Source of the DNA: a virus
Lineage: Duplodnaviria > Caudoviricetes
DNA: 64,000 nucleotides
Reading direction: 5' to 3' (one strand)
Virus record (IMG/VR): IMGVR_UViG_3300020037_002731
Coordinates: 20,352 to 84,351 of that record
In this document: piece by piece, positions 28,525 through 38,498 of the stretch
How the letters are laid out: every line of letters begins with the position of its first letter
How positions within the stretch are numbered: the first letter of the stretch is position 1
Made by a program: the position numbers and the translations under genes
Notes under the pieces: generated by a model
What the model was told of the DNA's origin: nothing
The model's input: only the letters and a program-made list of their open reading frames with translations
Database searches by the model: none

Positions 28525-29120
28525 AAGAATCTTAAATTAGTTTCATTAAATTTTTTGTTATGCAGCATCTTAAGTAACATTCCCCTTTTTATATTATTTA
28601 AATCAGAAGCATCAGTTATTGAATCATATACTTCACTAGTTATAATATTAATAACCTTTTTGCCCCTTAATCTTGCAGCAGTTTTCTTTTGGGATACTCT
28701 AGCTTTTTCTATCGTTTCCTTACTCCTTTTTATTCCTTTAGTCCATGTATTTAATCCTTTATGAGTTTTAGATTGTCTTTCTCTTAATTCTTTACTCCAT
28801 ACTCTTTTAGTTTGTCCATCCCCACCATCAGTTAAATTCACCAATATTCCTAATCCTAAATCTTTTCTTCCATATAATTTTATTAATTCTATTTCTTTTT
28901 CACAAGCTTCTTTCCATGTTAAATTATCTAGAATTATATCTACCCTATATTCTGTTTTATTTACTATGTTATTCCAAAATATACTTCGTCTAGTATTACA
29001 TAACGCTCTTTTATATTCTTCTGAATATCCATAGAAATCGTCCATCTTAGTTCCAATTCCAATATAAAAAGGTTCATTTTTATCAAGTCTAATATGTCTA
29101 TAGATATAACAATTATTCAT
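28521..29120 (-). mobile_element. GIY-YIG-like homing endonuclease with NUMOD3-like region
   Basis: CYIYRHIRLDKNEPFYIGIG...R; NLTDGGDG; basic NUMOD-like tail. Confidence 0.82.
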
Positions 29121-29358
29121 CTAATTTTCTTATTTTTAACTTCCATAATTCTTTACTTAATTTAGTACTTAAAGATACTACTTCTTCTTCTGTTAAGTTT
29201 GGTTTAAAGGCATGTAAAAACTCATGAATTGCAATCTCTAAATATTTCTTACCCTTAAGTCTTTCATCTAAAACTATTGTATGATCTTCTGGATAATAAA
29301 TTCCATGAGCTTGTTCCTTACCAAGTTTTCTATGTAGTATCTTTAACCTTTTTGCCAT
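29113..29358 (-). CDS. Small HExxH zincin-like (SprT-like) protein
   Basis: HGIYYPEDHTIVLDERL...IAIHEFLHA. Confidence 0.7.
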   Translation of the reverse strand: MAKRLKILHRKLGKEQAHGIYYPEDHTIVLDERLKGKKYLEIAIHEFLHAFKPNLTEEEVVSLSTKLSKELWKLKIRKLDE

Positions 29359-29641
29359 TTTTCTTAATCTTCTTTTTAAGTACTTTAGCGTTTTTAATTT
29401 GTTTTTTACTCTTCTTTACTGAATCTAAGTGAAAAAATCTATTGTTAATTCCTTCTCTAGCATGTACATAAGTTCCATTTATATCTGTTATGTACTGTAC
29501 AAAATCAAACTCTCTGGTACTTTCTACATCTGCCTGATTTATTTTATCTCCTTTGATTAGAAACTTCTCTTCATCAGTTAGATTTATGTACTTATTCCTA
29601 GTTAATTTCCCCTTCTCCTTGACTTCCTTTATCTTTGACAT
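29330..29641 (-). CDS. Hypothetical basic protein
   Basis: 103-aa ORF in the accessory operon. Confidence 0.5.
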   Translation of the reverse strand: MSKIKEVKEKGKLTRNKYINLTDEEKFLIKGDKINQADVESTREFDFVQYITDINGTYVHAREGINNRFFHLDSVKKSKKQIKNAKVLKKKIKKNGKKVKDTT

Positions 29642-29834
29642 AAATTACAAATGGTTTTTCATAACTTGATATTACTATTAATCCTTTAGGAGTATTAAAT
29701 TCCCATCTAAATTCTTTATCATACTTAGTTAATGCTTTAAGTTGCATTTTCTGTCTATAATGAAGATTAATACTTTGTTTAGCTAATTCTGTTTTAATCT
29801 TATTTCTTAGAACTAAATTCTCTTTTATAATCAT
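29598..29834 (-). CDS. Hypothetical protein
   Basis: 78-aa ORF with a 4-nt overlap to the upstream gene. Confidence 0.5.
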   Translation of the reverse strand: MIIKENLVLRNKIKTELAKQSINLHYRQKMQLKALTKYDKEFRWEFNTPKGLIVISSYEKPFVIYVKDKGSQGEGEIN

Positions 29835-30679
29835 ACATTAATAAGTATTGGCTGTTTATCTAAAATTACTGCAACACTATTTACCCAAGGTTTAAGTTGC
29901 ATTTTTGCATAGTCAAATACTGCTTTACTCTTATCACATAAAGAACCTACTTGCATTGCAAATACTCCATCTTTAATATAATTAATATAACATTCACTAT
30001 GCCTATGCCCTTGTACTGTACTTTGATTTCTATACAATGATACTTTATCTGCTGAATCTACTTCTCCATGATTGAAATATATTCCATTACTTTCATACTC
30101 TGGAGTAAAATTCCAATTAGGCACACCTAATACATCTTTTAAATCTCTTAACCAAATACTAGGAATTTGAGCTATCTTAGCTAATTTAATTAATCTACTC
30201 TGATCATGATTACCTATCAGTACAGTAGCTTGTGGAAATGCTTTGTACCAAGCTTTAATTTTTTCTTTAGCAATTTCTACTTCTGTCAATGCATTACTAT
30301 TATAATTAACATCTTTTTGAAATATACTCAAGAAATAATTATCTACTATATCCCCAATAAAAATAACTTCTGTACACTTATATTTATTTTTAATTTGTAT
30401 ACATTTTTCTAAAGCATTTGGTATTTCACAAGGAATATGTAGATCTGAAATAACTAGTATATTATTTATCTCTCCTTCATATTTATGAAAGGATACAATA
30501 GCTTCAAATCCTTCAGTTTCTCTTTTAGGTTTTAATCCAGCATTTTCTCTTTTAATATCTTCTATAATCTCTGATGCTTTTGCTTCTGTAATATTAAACT
30601 TATTAGCATACCAAAAAGCTCCTTTTTTATACTTGAACATTCTTTCTGATATAAACTGTTTAATTTCTAATTCTGTCAT
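29831..30679 (-). CDS. Calcineurin-like metallophosphoesterase with an N-terminal HTH-like segment
   Basis: ISDLH, GDIVD, GNHD, NHGE and GHRH motifs. Confidence 0.9.
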   Translation of the reverse strand: MTELEIKQFISERMFKYKKGAFWYANKFNITEAKASEIIEDIKRENAGLKPKRETEGFEAIVSFHKYEGEINNILVISDLHIPCEIPNALEKCIQIKNKYKCTEVIFIGDIVDNYFLSIFQKDVNYNSNALTEVEIAKEKIKAWYKAFPQATVLIGNHDQSRLIKLAKIAQIPSIWLRDLKDVLGVPNWNFTPEYESNGIYFNHGEVDSADKVSLYRNQSTVQGHRHSECYINYIKDGVFAMQVGSLCDKSKAVFDYAKMQLKPWVNSVAVILDKQPILINV

Positions 30680-30710
30680 ATTAATTTTTTAGGTTAAATT
30701 CTTAATACAT

Positions 30711-30742
30711 CAAAGGTATGTAAAACATTTGGATAATCCAAA
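30711..30742 (-). promoter_or_regulatory. Bacteroidota-type promoter for the accessory operon
   Basis: TTTG-N20-TACCTTTG. Confidence 0.8.
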
Positions 30743-30746
30743 TTTC

Positions 30747-30950
30747 CTATTTTACCATTACTTCCACTTCTTCAACTTCTTGACTTTCAGGCTTTTCTGC
30801 CAATTGCTTGTTAATCTGAATTTGAATGTCTTGAATAATGTGAAAAGTATCTTTGAATTTCCCTTCACTTAGCAATAACAAAATTGTATTAATTTTATTT
30901 ATTGCTGTTCCCATTTGATCATCTTTGAATTCTAAGTTTAATGTTTTCAT
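30747..30950 (-). CDS. Small helical protein after the tail fibre (possible fibre chaperone)
   Basis: 67 aa; assignment by position only. Confidence 0.45.
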   Translation of the reverse strand: MKTLNLEFKDDQMGTAINKINTILLLLSEGKFKDTFHIIQDIQIQINKQLAEKPESQEVEEVEVMVK

Positions 30951-30971
30951 TTTTCTATTTTTAAGTTAAGT

Positions 30972-33479
30972 TTAAACTGCATTTGCACTTCTTGATACTT
31001 CTAACCAATTTGTGCCATCATATACTAATGTTAGTACTGTTGGATTTTTTGATATTACAAAATCTACTCCTGCTGCAAGTTTCATTGTAGCTGTATTAGC
31101 TCCTCCTGCTGTATTATGCTTTACTGTAGGAGTTCCTGTAAATATAAGTCTAATAACACTACCAGCTTGCCAATCTGTTGTTGTAATAGCATTTATAGTA
31201 GTGTTTCCAGTAATAGTAAATGAATTACCATCCATAAGTAGTACTAAATCCCCTGCTGCTACTGCATTAGTTCCTTTAGCTTGTTCTAATCTATTAGAAA
31301 CTACTGTTCTATTAGTATTAACAGAAAACATTGTTCCTACTATTGGTAATTTAAGTTGATGAATACCATTAGTATTATCAATGTAAATATGAGTAGTATT
31401 ATTTTGTAAGTTACCTACTTGAGTAAATCCAGCACCAGCTATACCACTACCATCTGCTTTTATACCAAATATTTCAGCAGCACCACTTTTCCTAGCCTGT
31501 ATTTGTATAGTTTCTTCTGCCATGAAAAGATAACTTGCACTTTGAGTGCCAAAGATATAATCATGATTAACTGCATCTGCATAAAGATAGTAATCTGTAG
31601 CATCTTGAACTCCTAATAAATCATTAGCTTCATCAAAAGTAAATTTAGGATCACTAGTTATTCCACTTCCTGTTCCATATCCAACTTCAGTAATAGGTAG
31701 TGAAACAGCACTTAATGGGTTAATCCATGAAAGTACACCACTTCCATTAGTTTTAAGAATGTATCCTGAAGTTCCATCTGCTGTAGGTAAAGTATAAATT
31801 ACATTTCCTGCTAAAGCATCTGGAGCTTTAAATCCAGTATAGTTACTTCCTCCTGCTGCAAGTTCTAAAAATCTTAGTTCATGAGTTTGTCCTGCTAAAG
31901 TTCCATAAGGAGAAAAAGCAGTGCTGTTATAATCTACCGTTATTCTAACAATTGGAGCTTGTAAACTACTTGAAGAAATTCCAGCAATACCTGTTTCTAT
32001 TAAAAATTTTCCTGGAGTGCCAGAGCCAGTTCCTAATCCAGGAACAATTGAAAAATCTCCTCCAGATATATCAGTTCCATTTGCCACAGTTCCTCCTAAA
32101 GCAATACTACCTGGAGTTGAGCTTCTATATCCTTCCCCTATATATACTCTGGTTATTGGAGCATCAAAAGCCCCTATTACTAATTGATTATTACCATAAA
32201 TTTCAGCATTGTACCCTAAAGCTATACTATTATCCCAAATTCCATTACTACTAGTTTCAGAGCCTAAAAAAGTATTTTGATTACCTATTGCATCTTTTCC
32301 TGCATCCTTACCTATATAGCAACAATCATCTCCAAATGCATTTTCACCAGCATGTGCTCCAATTGCTGTACAAGCCCAAGAAGATACTGCATCATTCATA
32401 GCATAATATCCAATAGCTGTATTAGAACTAGCTAAACCTAAGTCAATATTTTGTAAAGCATTTTGTCCCCAAGATGTATTTTTATTATTACTTACAGTAG
32501 TTAAACTATATAAGTCTCCTGTTCTATATATATTTCCATCTCTTCTGTATTCAAAAGAATGAGTTTGATCATAATTTTCTAAGTACAAAATACTTTGGTC
32601 AAGTATTACTGTATTAGTACCCATTACATGAAGTTTGCCTAATGGAGTATTATCTATACCTATTCCTACTTGTCTAGTAGTAAACATTCTAAATATCTCA
32701 TTAGTAAAAGTTATGAAAGCTACATCAAAGTTATCATTACTTCCTACTGTTTTGACAGCCCCAGTTTCATTACCATCAACTAACCAAGATAATTTATTAC
32801 CTCCAAGTATTCCTTTTTGATATATTATATTATCAGCACCTATTGTAGGTGAAGTTATAATTTGATTAAAATAATTACCTCCATAAGTAGTTCCTGTTTT
32901 TGTGTAGTTAGCAAATGCAACTTGATCATTTAATTCAGCACTAGTATCACTATCAGTACTTCTAGTCCAAGCTCCAGCTTGCATTATATAAATACCATTC
33001 TCTGTTTTAAGTGTTTGTTTCCATACAAGTACTTTTGTTGTACCAGCAACACCTACAATAGTATCTATTGTTTGTGCCCCACTTAATGTTATATTTGCTG
33101 TTGTTACAGCATCTACAATAACTAAGTTACTATCAGGGAATAAAAAAGTAGGAATAAGTCTTACATCAGCAGTATTAGCTGAAGGTTGAGTAACTATAAA
33201 TCCTGAATCTTGATTAAATCTTAATAGATTAGTAGCTGCATAACTAGGAGAACCATCAACTTCAGATACAGTTAAACCATTACCAGCATCTATTAAAGAA
33301 TAAAAATTACATACAGCACTGCCCAAAGCATTTAATACATCAGTCAAGTTATCTCCTGAAGACATATTAATACATGAAATACTACTAAGTACTGATACAC
33401 AATCTGAAGATACAATATCTTCACATCCTGTACAAGGACTACATGAGTTTGTATTAGAATTTGAGCAATTATTTGCCAT
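30972..33479 (-). CDS. Tail fibre / receptor-binding protein (about 835 aa)
   Basis: Cys-rich N-terminal module; TANITLSGAQTIDT...ENGIY fibre repeat; trimeric-autotransporter-like NTAIGYYA repeats; YTLPTADGTSGYILKTNGSG motif. Start reassigned to ATG 33479. Confidence 0.85.
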   Translation of the reverse strand: MANNCSNSNTNSCSPCTGCEDIVSSDCVSVLSSISCINMSSGDNLTDVLNALGSAVCNFYSLIDAGNGLTVSEVDGSPSYAATNLLRFNQDSGFIVTQPSANTADVRLIPTFLFPDSNLVIVDAVTTANITLSGAQTIDTIVGVAGTTKVLVWKQTLKTENGIYIMQAGAWTRSTDSDTSAELNDQVAFANYTKTGTTYGGNYFNQIITSPTIGADNIIYQKGILGGNKLSWLVDGNETGAVKTVGSNDNFDVAFITFTNEIFRMFTTRQVGIGIDNTPLGKLHVMGTNTVILDQSILYLENYDQTHSFEYRRDGNIYRTGDLYSLTTVSNNKNTSWGQNALQNIDLGLASSNTAIGYYAMNDAVSSWACTAIGAHAGENAFGDDCCYIGKDAGKDAIGNQNTFLGSETSSNGIWDNSIALGYNAEIYGNNQLVIGAFDAPITRVYIGEGYRSSTPGSIALGGTVANGTDISGGDFSIVPGLGTGSGTPGKFLIETGIAGISSSSLQAPIVRITVDYNSTAFSPYGTLAGQTHELRFLELAAGGSNYTGFKAPDALAGNVIYTLPTADGTSGYILKTNGSGVLSWINPLSAVSLPITEVGYGTGSGITSDPKFTFDEANDLLGVQDATDYYLYADAVNHDYIFGTQSASYLFMAEETIQIQARKSGAAEIFGIKADGSGIAGAGFTQVGNLQNNTTHIYIDNTNGIHQLKLPIVGTMFSVNTNRTVVSNRLEQAKGTNAVAAGDLVLLMDGNSFTITGNTTINAITTTDWQAGSVIRLIFTGTPTVKHNTAGGANTATMKLAAGVDFVISKNPTVLTLVYDGTNWLEVSRSANAV

Positions 33480-33504
33480 TATAATATATTTATGTATTTT
33501 ATTT

Positions 33505-33837
33505 TTAATAGAAGGATACCCAAGCAACTCCATTATAACCTTGAAAAGTTACAGTAGTAGTATTATAGATCATTTGACCTTGTACTGGAGTAAGTAAGTC
33601 TCTTTGAGCTGTTGTGTAAACAGGAGCTATACTAATTAAAGCATTTACAATAGCTCTTGTTTGTACTGCTAATGTTCCTATAGCATATATCATTTGACCT
33701 ATATCAGATCCTTCAGAGTAAGTTAATCCTGATATACCAGATGAATCATAAGTAATACATTCACTACTTATTATATCTTCACAACCAGTACATGGTGAAC
33801 ATGAATTAGTATTTGAATTGGAACAGTTATTAGCCAT
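33505..33837 (-). CDS. Short fibre protein sharing its N-terminal Cys module with the tail fibre
   Basis: MANNCSNSNTNSCSPCTGCEDI; C-terminal YTTAQRD...GQMIYNTT...QGYNG phage fibre domain. Confidence 0.75.
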   Translation of the reverse strand: MANNCSNSNTNSCSPCTGCEDIISSECITYDSSGISGLTYSEGSDIGQMIYAIGTLAVQTRAIVNALISIAPVYTTAQRDLLTPVQGQMIYNTTTVTFQGYNGVAWVSFY

Positions 33838-33840
33838 ATA

Positions 33841-34422
33841 TTAAACAGTAACTATTAAATAAGAAATAAGTACAGCTACATCTTGATCTCCTCCTGCTGG
33901 ATTAGCTGTTTGATGAGAAAGTACCAAAGGATCATTTATTCTTAATGTATCATATCCAGTAGTTCCAGGAATCATTTTACTTACTATACTAGTACTTGTT
34001 GTAGTTAAAGAAGCATCAGAAGTTATAAATGCTGGATTAGTTGCATTAGTAGTTTTAACTCTTAAGTTACTTGAACCTACAGTGTAAGCTACTCCTGTTG
34101 TATCATTTTTAATTTCTACACTCAAAGGTTGTATGTACTTACCACTTCCAGGAGCATTTATTAATGTGTAAGGATTGGTAAATAATAGCACTACACTGCT
34201 AGCAGGAACTACTACTTTAACTTGCAGTACTTGTCCTGTTATAGCATTATCAATAGCTACAAATATATCATTAATCCCTTGAGCAGGATCAATATTTAAA
34301 TTAGGTAACTCTACTCCATTGTATGTAACACATTCACTATTTAAAGTAACTGGACACTCTACACTGCAAGATTCACAGCCATTACTAACTTCTATAGGAT
34401 CAGGGCAATTGCAATCAGCCAT
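33841..34422 (-). CDS. Fibre/structural protein with a Cys-rich N-terminus
   Basis: MADCNCP...SECVTYNG followed by a beta-sandwich-like domain. Confidence 0.65.
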   Translation of the reverse strand: MADCNCPDPIEVSNGCESCSVECPVTLNSECVTYNGVELPNLNIDPAQGINDIFVAIDNAITGQVLQVKVVVPASSVVLLFTNPYTLINAPGSGKYIQPLSVEIKNDTTGVAYTVGSSNLRVKTTNATNPAFITSDASLTTTSTSIVSKMIPGTTGYDTLRINDPLVLSHQTANPAGGDQDVAVLISYLIVTV

Positions 34423-34444
34423 AGTATATATTTTTATAAATTAA

Positions 34445-35074
34445 TTAATCAATATAATATTCACAATCAATATTAAATGTAGCTGAAACTCCACTTAAAG
34501 TATTTAATAATAAACTCATAGCTCCAGTACTTAAAATTTGTATTTCTCCAGGAACATAAGTACCTCCATTATTAGCATTTACTGAAAAATGTTGAGTACT
34601 GGTAGGTCTATATGCAGTCCCAAGAGTTGTAACTAAAGTTGATGTTGGGTAATTACTAGCTGTAACTCTTCCTCTAATTTGTACTTTACCTAAAGCATCT
34701 ACAGTAACTTCACCATCTCTACTTCCTTGATTTGTAAAGGCTGTTGCGTAAGTAATATCAGTCCACACAGGAGCAGGAATATCTATATCTAAAGTTCTAC
34801 ATCCACTTCCATCTGCTTCTGATACTGTTATATCTAATGTACCTACAGGGGAATCTAGCTTTTCAGCTAAATATCCACAACATTCATCAGTACTACTTAC
34901 TTTAACAGTACAAGTATCTTCAATACTAAGAATTCTATCTATAATAGTTTCTAGAATAATATCTAAGCTCTTACCTAAACATATTTCAATTCCATCATCT
35001 GCTGTAGAGTATGTAGTACCAGTATAAAAAATACATGAAGTATAATTTTTACTTAAACAAGGATTAGGTTGCAT
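34445..35074 (-). CDS. Fibre/structural protein with a Cys-rich N-terminus
   Basis: SCIFYTG...DECCGYLAEKL; C-terminal GKVQIRG...LVTTLGTAYRP fibre tip fold. Confidence 0.7.
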   Translation of the reverse strand: MQPNPCLSKNYTSCIFYTGTTYSTADDGIEICLGKSLDIILETIIDRILSIEDTCTVKVSSTDECCGYLAEKLDSPVGTLDITVSEADGSGCRTLDIDIPAPVWTDITYATAFTNQGSRDGEVTVDALGKVQIRGRVTASNYPTSTLVTTLGTAYRPTSTQHFSVNANNGGTYVPGEIQILSTGAMSLLLNTLSGVSATFNIDCEYYID

Positions 35075-35519
35075 GAGATTGTTGTTGAATTTTATTTATA
35101 AAATATTCTAAAGTTGTATCATCAAGTATTTGACAATCTGATATAAAATATGCATCTTTGTAGATATAAGAACAAGTAGTATAGTCTACTTCTGATATTG
35201 TATAAGTATCACATACTTGGAATAAAAACTTAGCTCCTACTTTTTTTAATAATCTCTCTGTATGTACAGTTTCATATTCTGTACCATTTACTGTAATACT
35301 TCCTGTAGTTGTGCTGTAAGAACAACTTGGATACCTTTGCATATTGAAATTATATACTTTGTTTAGTATATAACTATAAGTACTCCAATTTTGTATCTCT
35401 GTTTGTACTGGTCTTTTTGTAAATGTGTACTTAAGAAGATTAAAAAATACTTGAGCTTTATCTAAGATTTTCTTCTCAAATTTAAGTTTTAGTAATTTAA
35501 TATCTTCAATATTGTACAT
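35064..35519 (-). CDS. Putative tail hub / fibre adaptor protein
   Basis: 151 aa; synteny with crAss hub genes (inference). Confidence 0.45.
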   Translation of the reverse strand: MYNIEDIKLLKLKFEKKILDKAQVFFNLLKYTFTKRPVQTEIQNWSTYSYILNKVYNFNMQRYPSCSYSTTTGSITVNGTEYETVHTERLLKKVGAKFLFQVCDTYTISEVDYTTCSYIYKDAYFISDCQILDDTTLEYFINKIQQQSHAT

Positions 35520-35797
35520 TATAAAAGACTTATTTGAGCATAATCATTTGCCCAGGTTTCATATGAACTTGAATTAGTACATGAACTTGAGTCTAGTTGT
35601 TTAGCTGCTATACTTTGATTTATTAAAGCCATTTGTTCTTGTACATACATTTCTGAAAATCCTAAATCATTGTACAAATTTTCATCAATAACTCTTTGGT
35701 ATCCACTTAAATACAACACTAAAGTTTGTGCTGTAGTACTATTACAATTTGCTTGTTGGGCTAATAGTCTGGCTCTTTCTTGGCAAGGTCTACACAT
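35519..35797 (-). CDS. Small CxxC-containing structural protein
   Basis: MCRPC...; tightly packed in the structural cluster. Confidence 0.5.
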   Translation of the reverse strand: MCRPCQERARLLAQQANCNSTTAQTLVLYLSGYQRVIDENLYNDLGFSEMYVQEQMALINQSIAAKQLDSSSCTNSSSYETWANDYAQISLL

Positions 35798-35817
35798 TTT
35801 TTCTTTATTTTATTCTT

Positions 35818-36360
35818 TTAAAAATTATTTAATTGAGTAACTACATAATCAAATTTATCTTCAGCTTCAGTAAATCTTAAAAATGTTACATCTACTTTAG
35901 CTTGTTCTAGTAACTGAAGGAGGTAATTTAATTGTTGTATTCTTTTATCTGTTATATCAGTTCCATATAAATTATATTGAGGGGAACTTGTTGGTACTGT
36001 AAGAATACCTGATAGAATGTTTAATATTTGATTTTCAGTACTCTTAGTTCTTAGATATTTTACAGTATAGTACACACTTGCATTAGGACATACACTATAA
36101 GTAAAAGTATAAATTCCATCAGGTAAATCATTTAATCCTGCTGAACAGGTTGTATTAGTTAATCCAAATGAATTACTAGTTAAAAATGTTCTACCTTTTA
36201 ATCTAAATAATGGAAAAAAATCACAAGTACTTCCTGGGATATTTACTTTTAAGGAAACATTAGTTATACTCATGTTATTATCATACAATGATATATCAAA
36301 TATATCTTGTACTCTAGCATCAGTTTGTTCAGGAAAATATAGATTAAGACAATGAGCCAT
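35818..36360 (-). CDS. Putative tail hub protein
   Basis: 180 aa; beta-rich N-terminus (DLPDGIYTFTYSV) and helical C-terminus, resembling crAss hub proteins. Confidence 0.55.
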   Translation of the reverse strand: MAHCLNLYFPEQTDARVQDIFDISLYDNNMSITNVSLKVNIPGSTCDFFPLFRLKGRTFLTSNSFGLTNTTCSAGLNDLPDGIYTFTYSVCPNASVYYTVKYLRTKSTENQILNILSGILTVPTSSPQYNLYGTDITDKRIQQLNYLLQLLEQAKVDVTFLRFTEAEDKFDYVVTQLNNF

Positions 36361-36611
36361 TATTTTTTAATTTCTTTTGATAAAGTATTTATAGTATCAT
36401 TTTTCATACTTGAACTTTGAGAACTCCCAAATACAAATTCAAATGGTTTTTGGTATTGCGCTCCTAATGTTCCAATAGCACTTCCTATTAGTAGTATTAC
36501 TTCTTTATTTAAATTATCTAATCCCATTATAGCTGTAAATACAATTATTCCTACAAAAGCAATACTACCAAATACTGTTAAAAATATCTTTATGAATTTA
36601 TTTTCATCCAT
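36360..36611 (-). CDS. Holin-like two-TM membrane protein
   Basis: Two hydrophobic helices and a basic C-terminus. Start likely ATG 36611 (MDENK). Confidence 0.55.
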   Translation of the reverse strand: MDENKFIKIFLTVFGSIAFVGIIVFTAIMGLDNLNKEVILLIGSAIGTLGAQYQKPFEFVFGSSQSSSMKNDTINTLSKEIKK

Positions 36612-36990
36612 GATTATCAAACATTGATTCCAGTTCATTATAGTATTTTTTATTAATCCACATATAATGCTCTGGTTGTGTTTTAACTTTACTTACTGGT
36701 TTTTTAAATAAGTATCCATAGTCTCTGTAAAATTGAGTTATATTAAGATCATATAAATCAAACTTAGTATTCATGTATTCTTTATTATAATTTAATTCCT
36801 TTTGTAATTGGAATATATCTTTAGTATTAGCAGCTATATCTCTAGTATTTTCTGCAATTTGTAAATAAACTTTATCTTGATTTAATAATATAGTATCTAG
36901 TGTATTTTGAAGATTGTTGTATGCTATCATTCCAAATGCACCTGATAAAGTCATAAATAACCCTAATGCCCAATCTTTCCAATTTTTCAT
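36604..36990 (-). CDS. Single-TM coiled-coil protein (lysis accessory, holin- or i-spanin-like)
   Basis: N-terminal TM (WALGLFMTLSGAFGMIAY) followed by a coiled coil. Confidence 0.5.
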   Translation of the reverse strand: MKNWKDWALGLFMTLSGAFGMIAYNNLQNTLDTILLNQDKVYLQIAENTRDIAANTKDIFQLQKELNYNKEYMNTKFDLYDLNITQFYRDYGYLFKKPVSKVKTQPEHYMWINKKYYNELESMFDNHG

Positions 36991-37016
36991 TACTAAAATA
37001 AAAGTTTTATATTATG

Positions 37017-38489
37017 TTAAAATCTGTATATATTTATTGAATACCCAGGTACTATAAATGTTGAATCTGCTGCATTATCTTCTGTAATTACTCCTGAATT
37101 TAAAGAAGTACTATGAATACTGTATCTTGTGTTTGATGTTATTTCAGTACTATTAATCATTATATTAGGAAATTCTTGTTGAGTACCTTCATAATTAATA
37201 ATACACAAGTAATAATTTGAATTCTGATCTACTGTACAAAATGTAGTTAAAGAATTTGTGCTAGCTCCACTTAATGTTACTGGAACATATTCTAAATCAT
37301 CTGTTCCTAAAACATTACCAAGAGCTTTTACTGCATAAAAATGTACTTTTCTTGTTAAATTATTTTGTCTTATTAATCCATTTAAGCTTTGGTAACTCAT
37401 ACCAAATACTTTACTCCCATTATTATGACTCCAATCTAAACAAGCTTGAACTATCCATACAATAAACATTAATCCTAACATAGTTTCATGAATTGGAGTA
37501 GGATTTTGATCTGGAAGTCCATAAACAATATTAACTAGTTTACCTGAATAATATGTATCTATAGCATCTAATCTTGTAGGAATAACTACATCTTTAATAT
37601 TTAAAGCTTCTCCTAAATCATTTACACTATCAAAATTATGGTGAAGCATGTATTCTCTAACTCCATCATAATCAAGTACTCCTGAATTAGTTAATCCTGC
37701 TCTCCAACCTATATCTCTTTGTGTTGTTTCTGCTATTGGAGAAGTATCTAAAAATACTGCTGCATTTGGAGCTAAAGCTCTTAATCCTGCAACTCCTGGA
37801 TCTATTTTTGTAATGTAGTTAGCTACATTTGTCTGTATTGCTGGTAAAGCTGGATTTAAAGCTTGCCCTACTGCATTCCACCAAATATCATTTCCACTTG
37901 TATTTTGTTCTAATCCTAATTGTATATTATAAACTGGAATACTTCTATTATTGCAAAAAGTTAATTTCCATTCAGCTTGATCTCTCCATGTTTGTAGATC
38001 TACCATTGCATCTACTTGAGGATTCATTACATGAGATACTGCTACTGTTCTTGTTGGAGTACTTACTAAAGTACTTAATTCAAGTAAATTACTAAATGCT
38101 GGATGTCCATAATCAGTATCAGGACAACATAAACCATCTTGAACTACACAACCACTTGTTGCATCACAATTTAATCCTCCAGTTCCTACAGCTTGATCTA
38201 AACTTGTATCTCCTATATTAACTATTTCTAAATCTGAATTAGCTAAACCTGGATGTTGTAAAGTACTTGGATTTAATTCTTTAATTAAATTAACATATTC
38301 TTCTGTAAGTAAATCATCAAACCATGTGTAAGTACTTGTATTATTTCCTCTTTTCCAAATCTCTTGAGTACTTATTCCATGAAATCCATTATCAATACTA
38401 GAAGTACTTAAAGCATCAAGTACTATATTAGTACTTGGAGTAGGAACTATTAATTTCTTTACACCTGTTACTCCTATCTTTATTTGCAT
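37017..38489 (-). CDS. Clan GH-A glycoside-hydrolase-like protein (GH79/44/51-like barrel + beta-sandwich), probably virion-associated
   Basis: LNPSTLQHPG, IQLGLE, LAPNAAVF, LCIINY and VPGYSINIYRF map onto the RfPGG / lGNE / lP.ySi pattern. Confidence 0.6.
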   Translation of the reverse strand: MQIKIGVTGVKKLIVPTPSTNIVLDALSTSSIDNGFHGISTQEIWKRGNNTSTYTWFDDLLTEEYVNLIKELNPSTLQHPGLANSDLEIVNIGDTSLDQAVGTGGLNCDATSGCVVQDGLCCPDTDYGHPAFSNLLELSTLVSTPTRTVAVSHVMNPQVDAMVDLQTWRDQAEWKLTFCNNRSIPVYNIQLGLEQNTSGNDIWWNAVGQALNPALPAIQTNVANYITKIDPGVAGLRALAPNAAVFLDTSPIAETTQRDIGWRAGLTNSGVLDYDGVREYMLHHNFDSVNDLGEALNIKDVVIPTRLDAIDTYYSGKLVNIVYGLPDQNPTPIHETMLGLMFIVWIVQACLDWSHNNGSKVFGMSYQSLNGLIRQNNLTRKVHFYAVKALGNVLGTDDLEYVPVTLSGASTNSLTTFCTVDQNSNYYLCIINYEGTQQEFPNIMINSTEITSNTRYSIHSTSLNSGVITEDNAADSTFIVPGYSINIYRF

Positions 38490-38498
38490 TATTCATTA

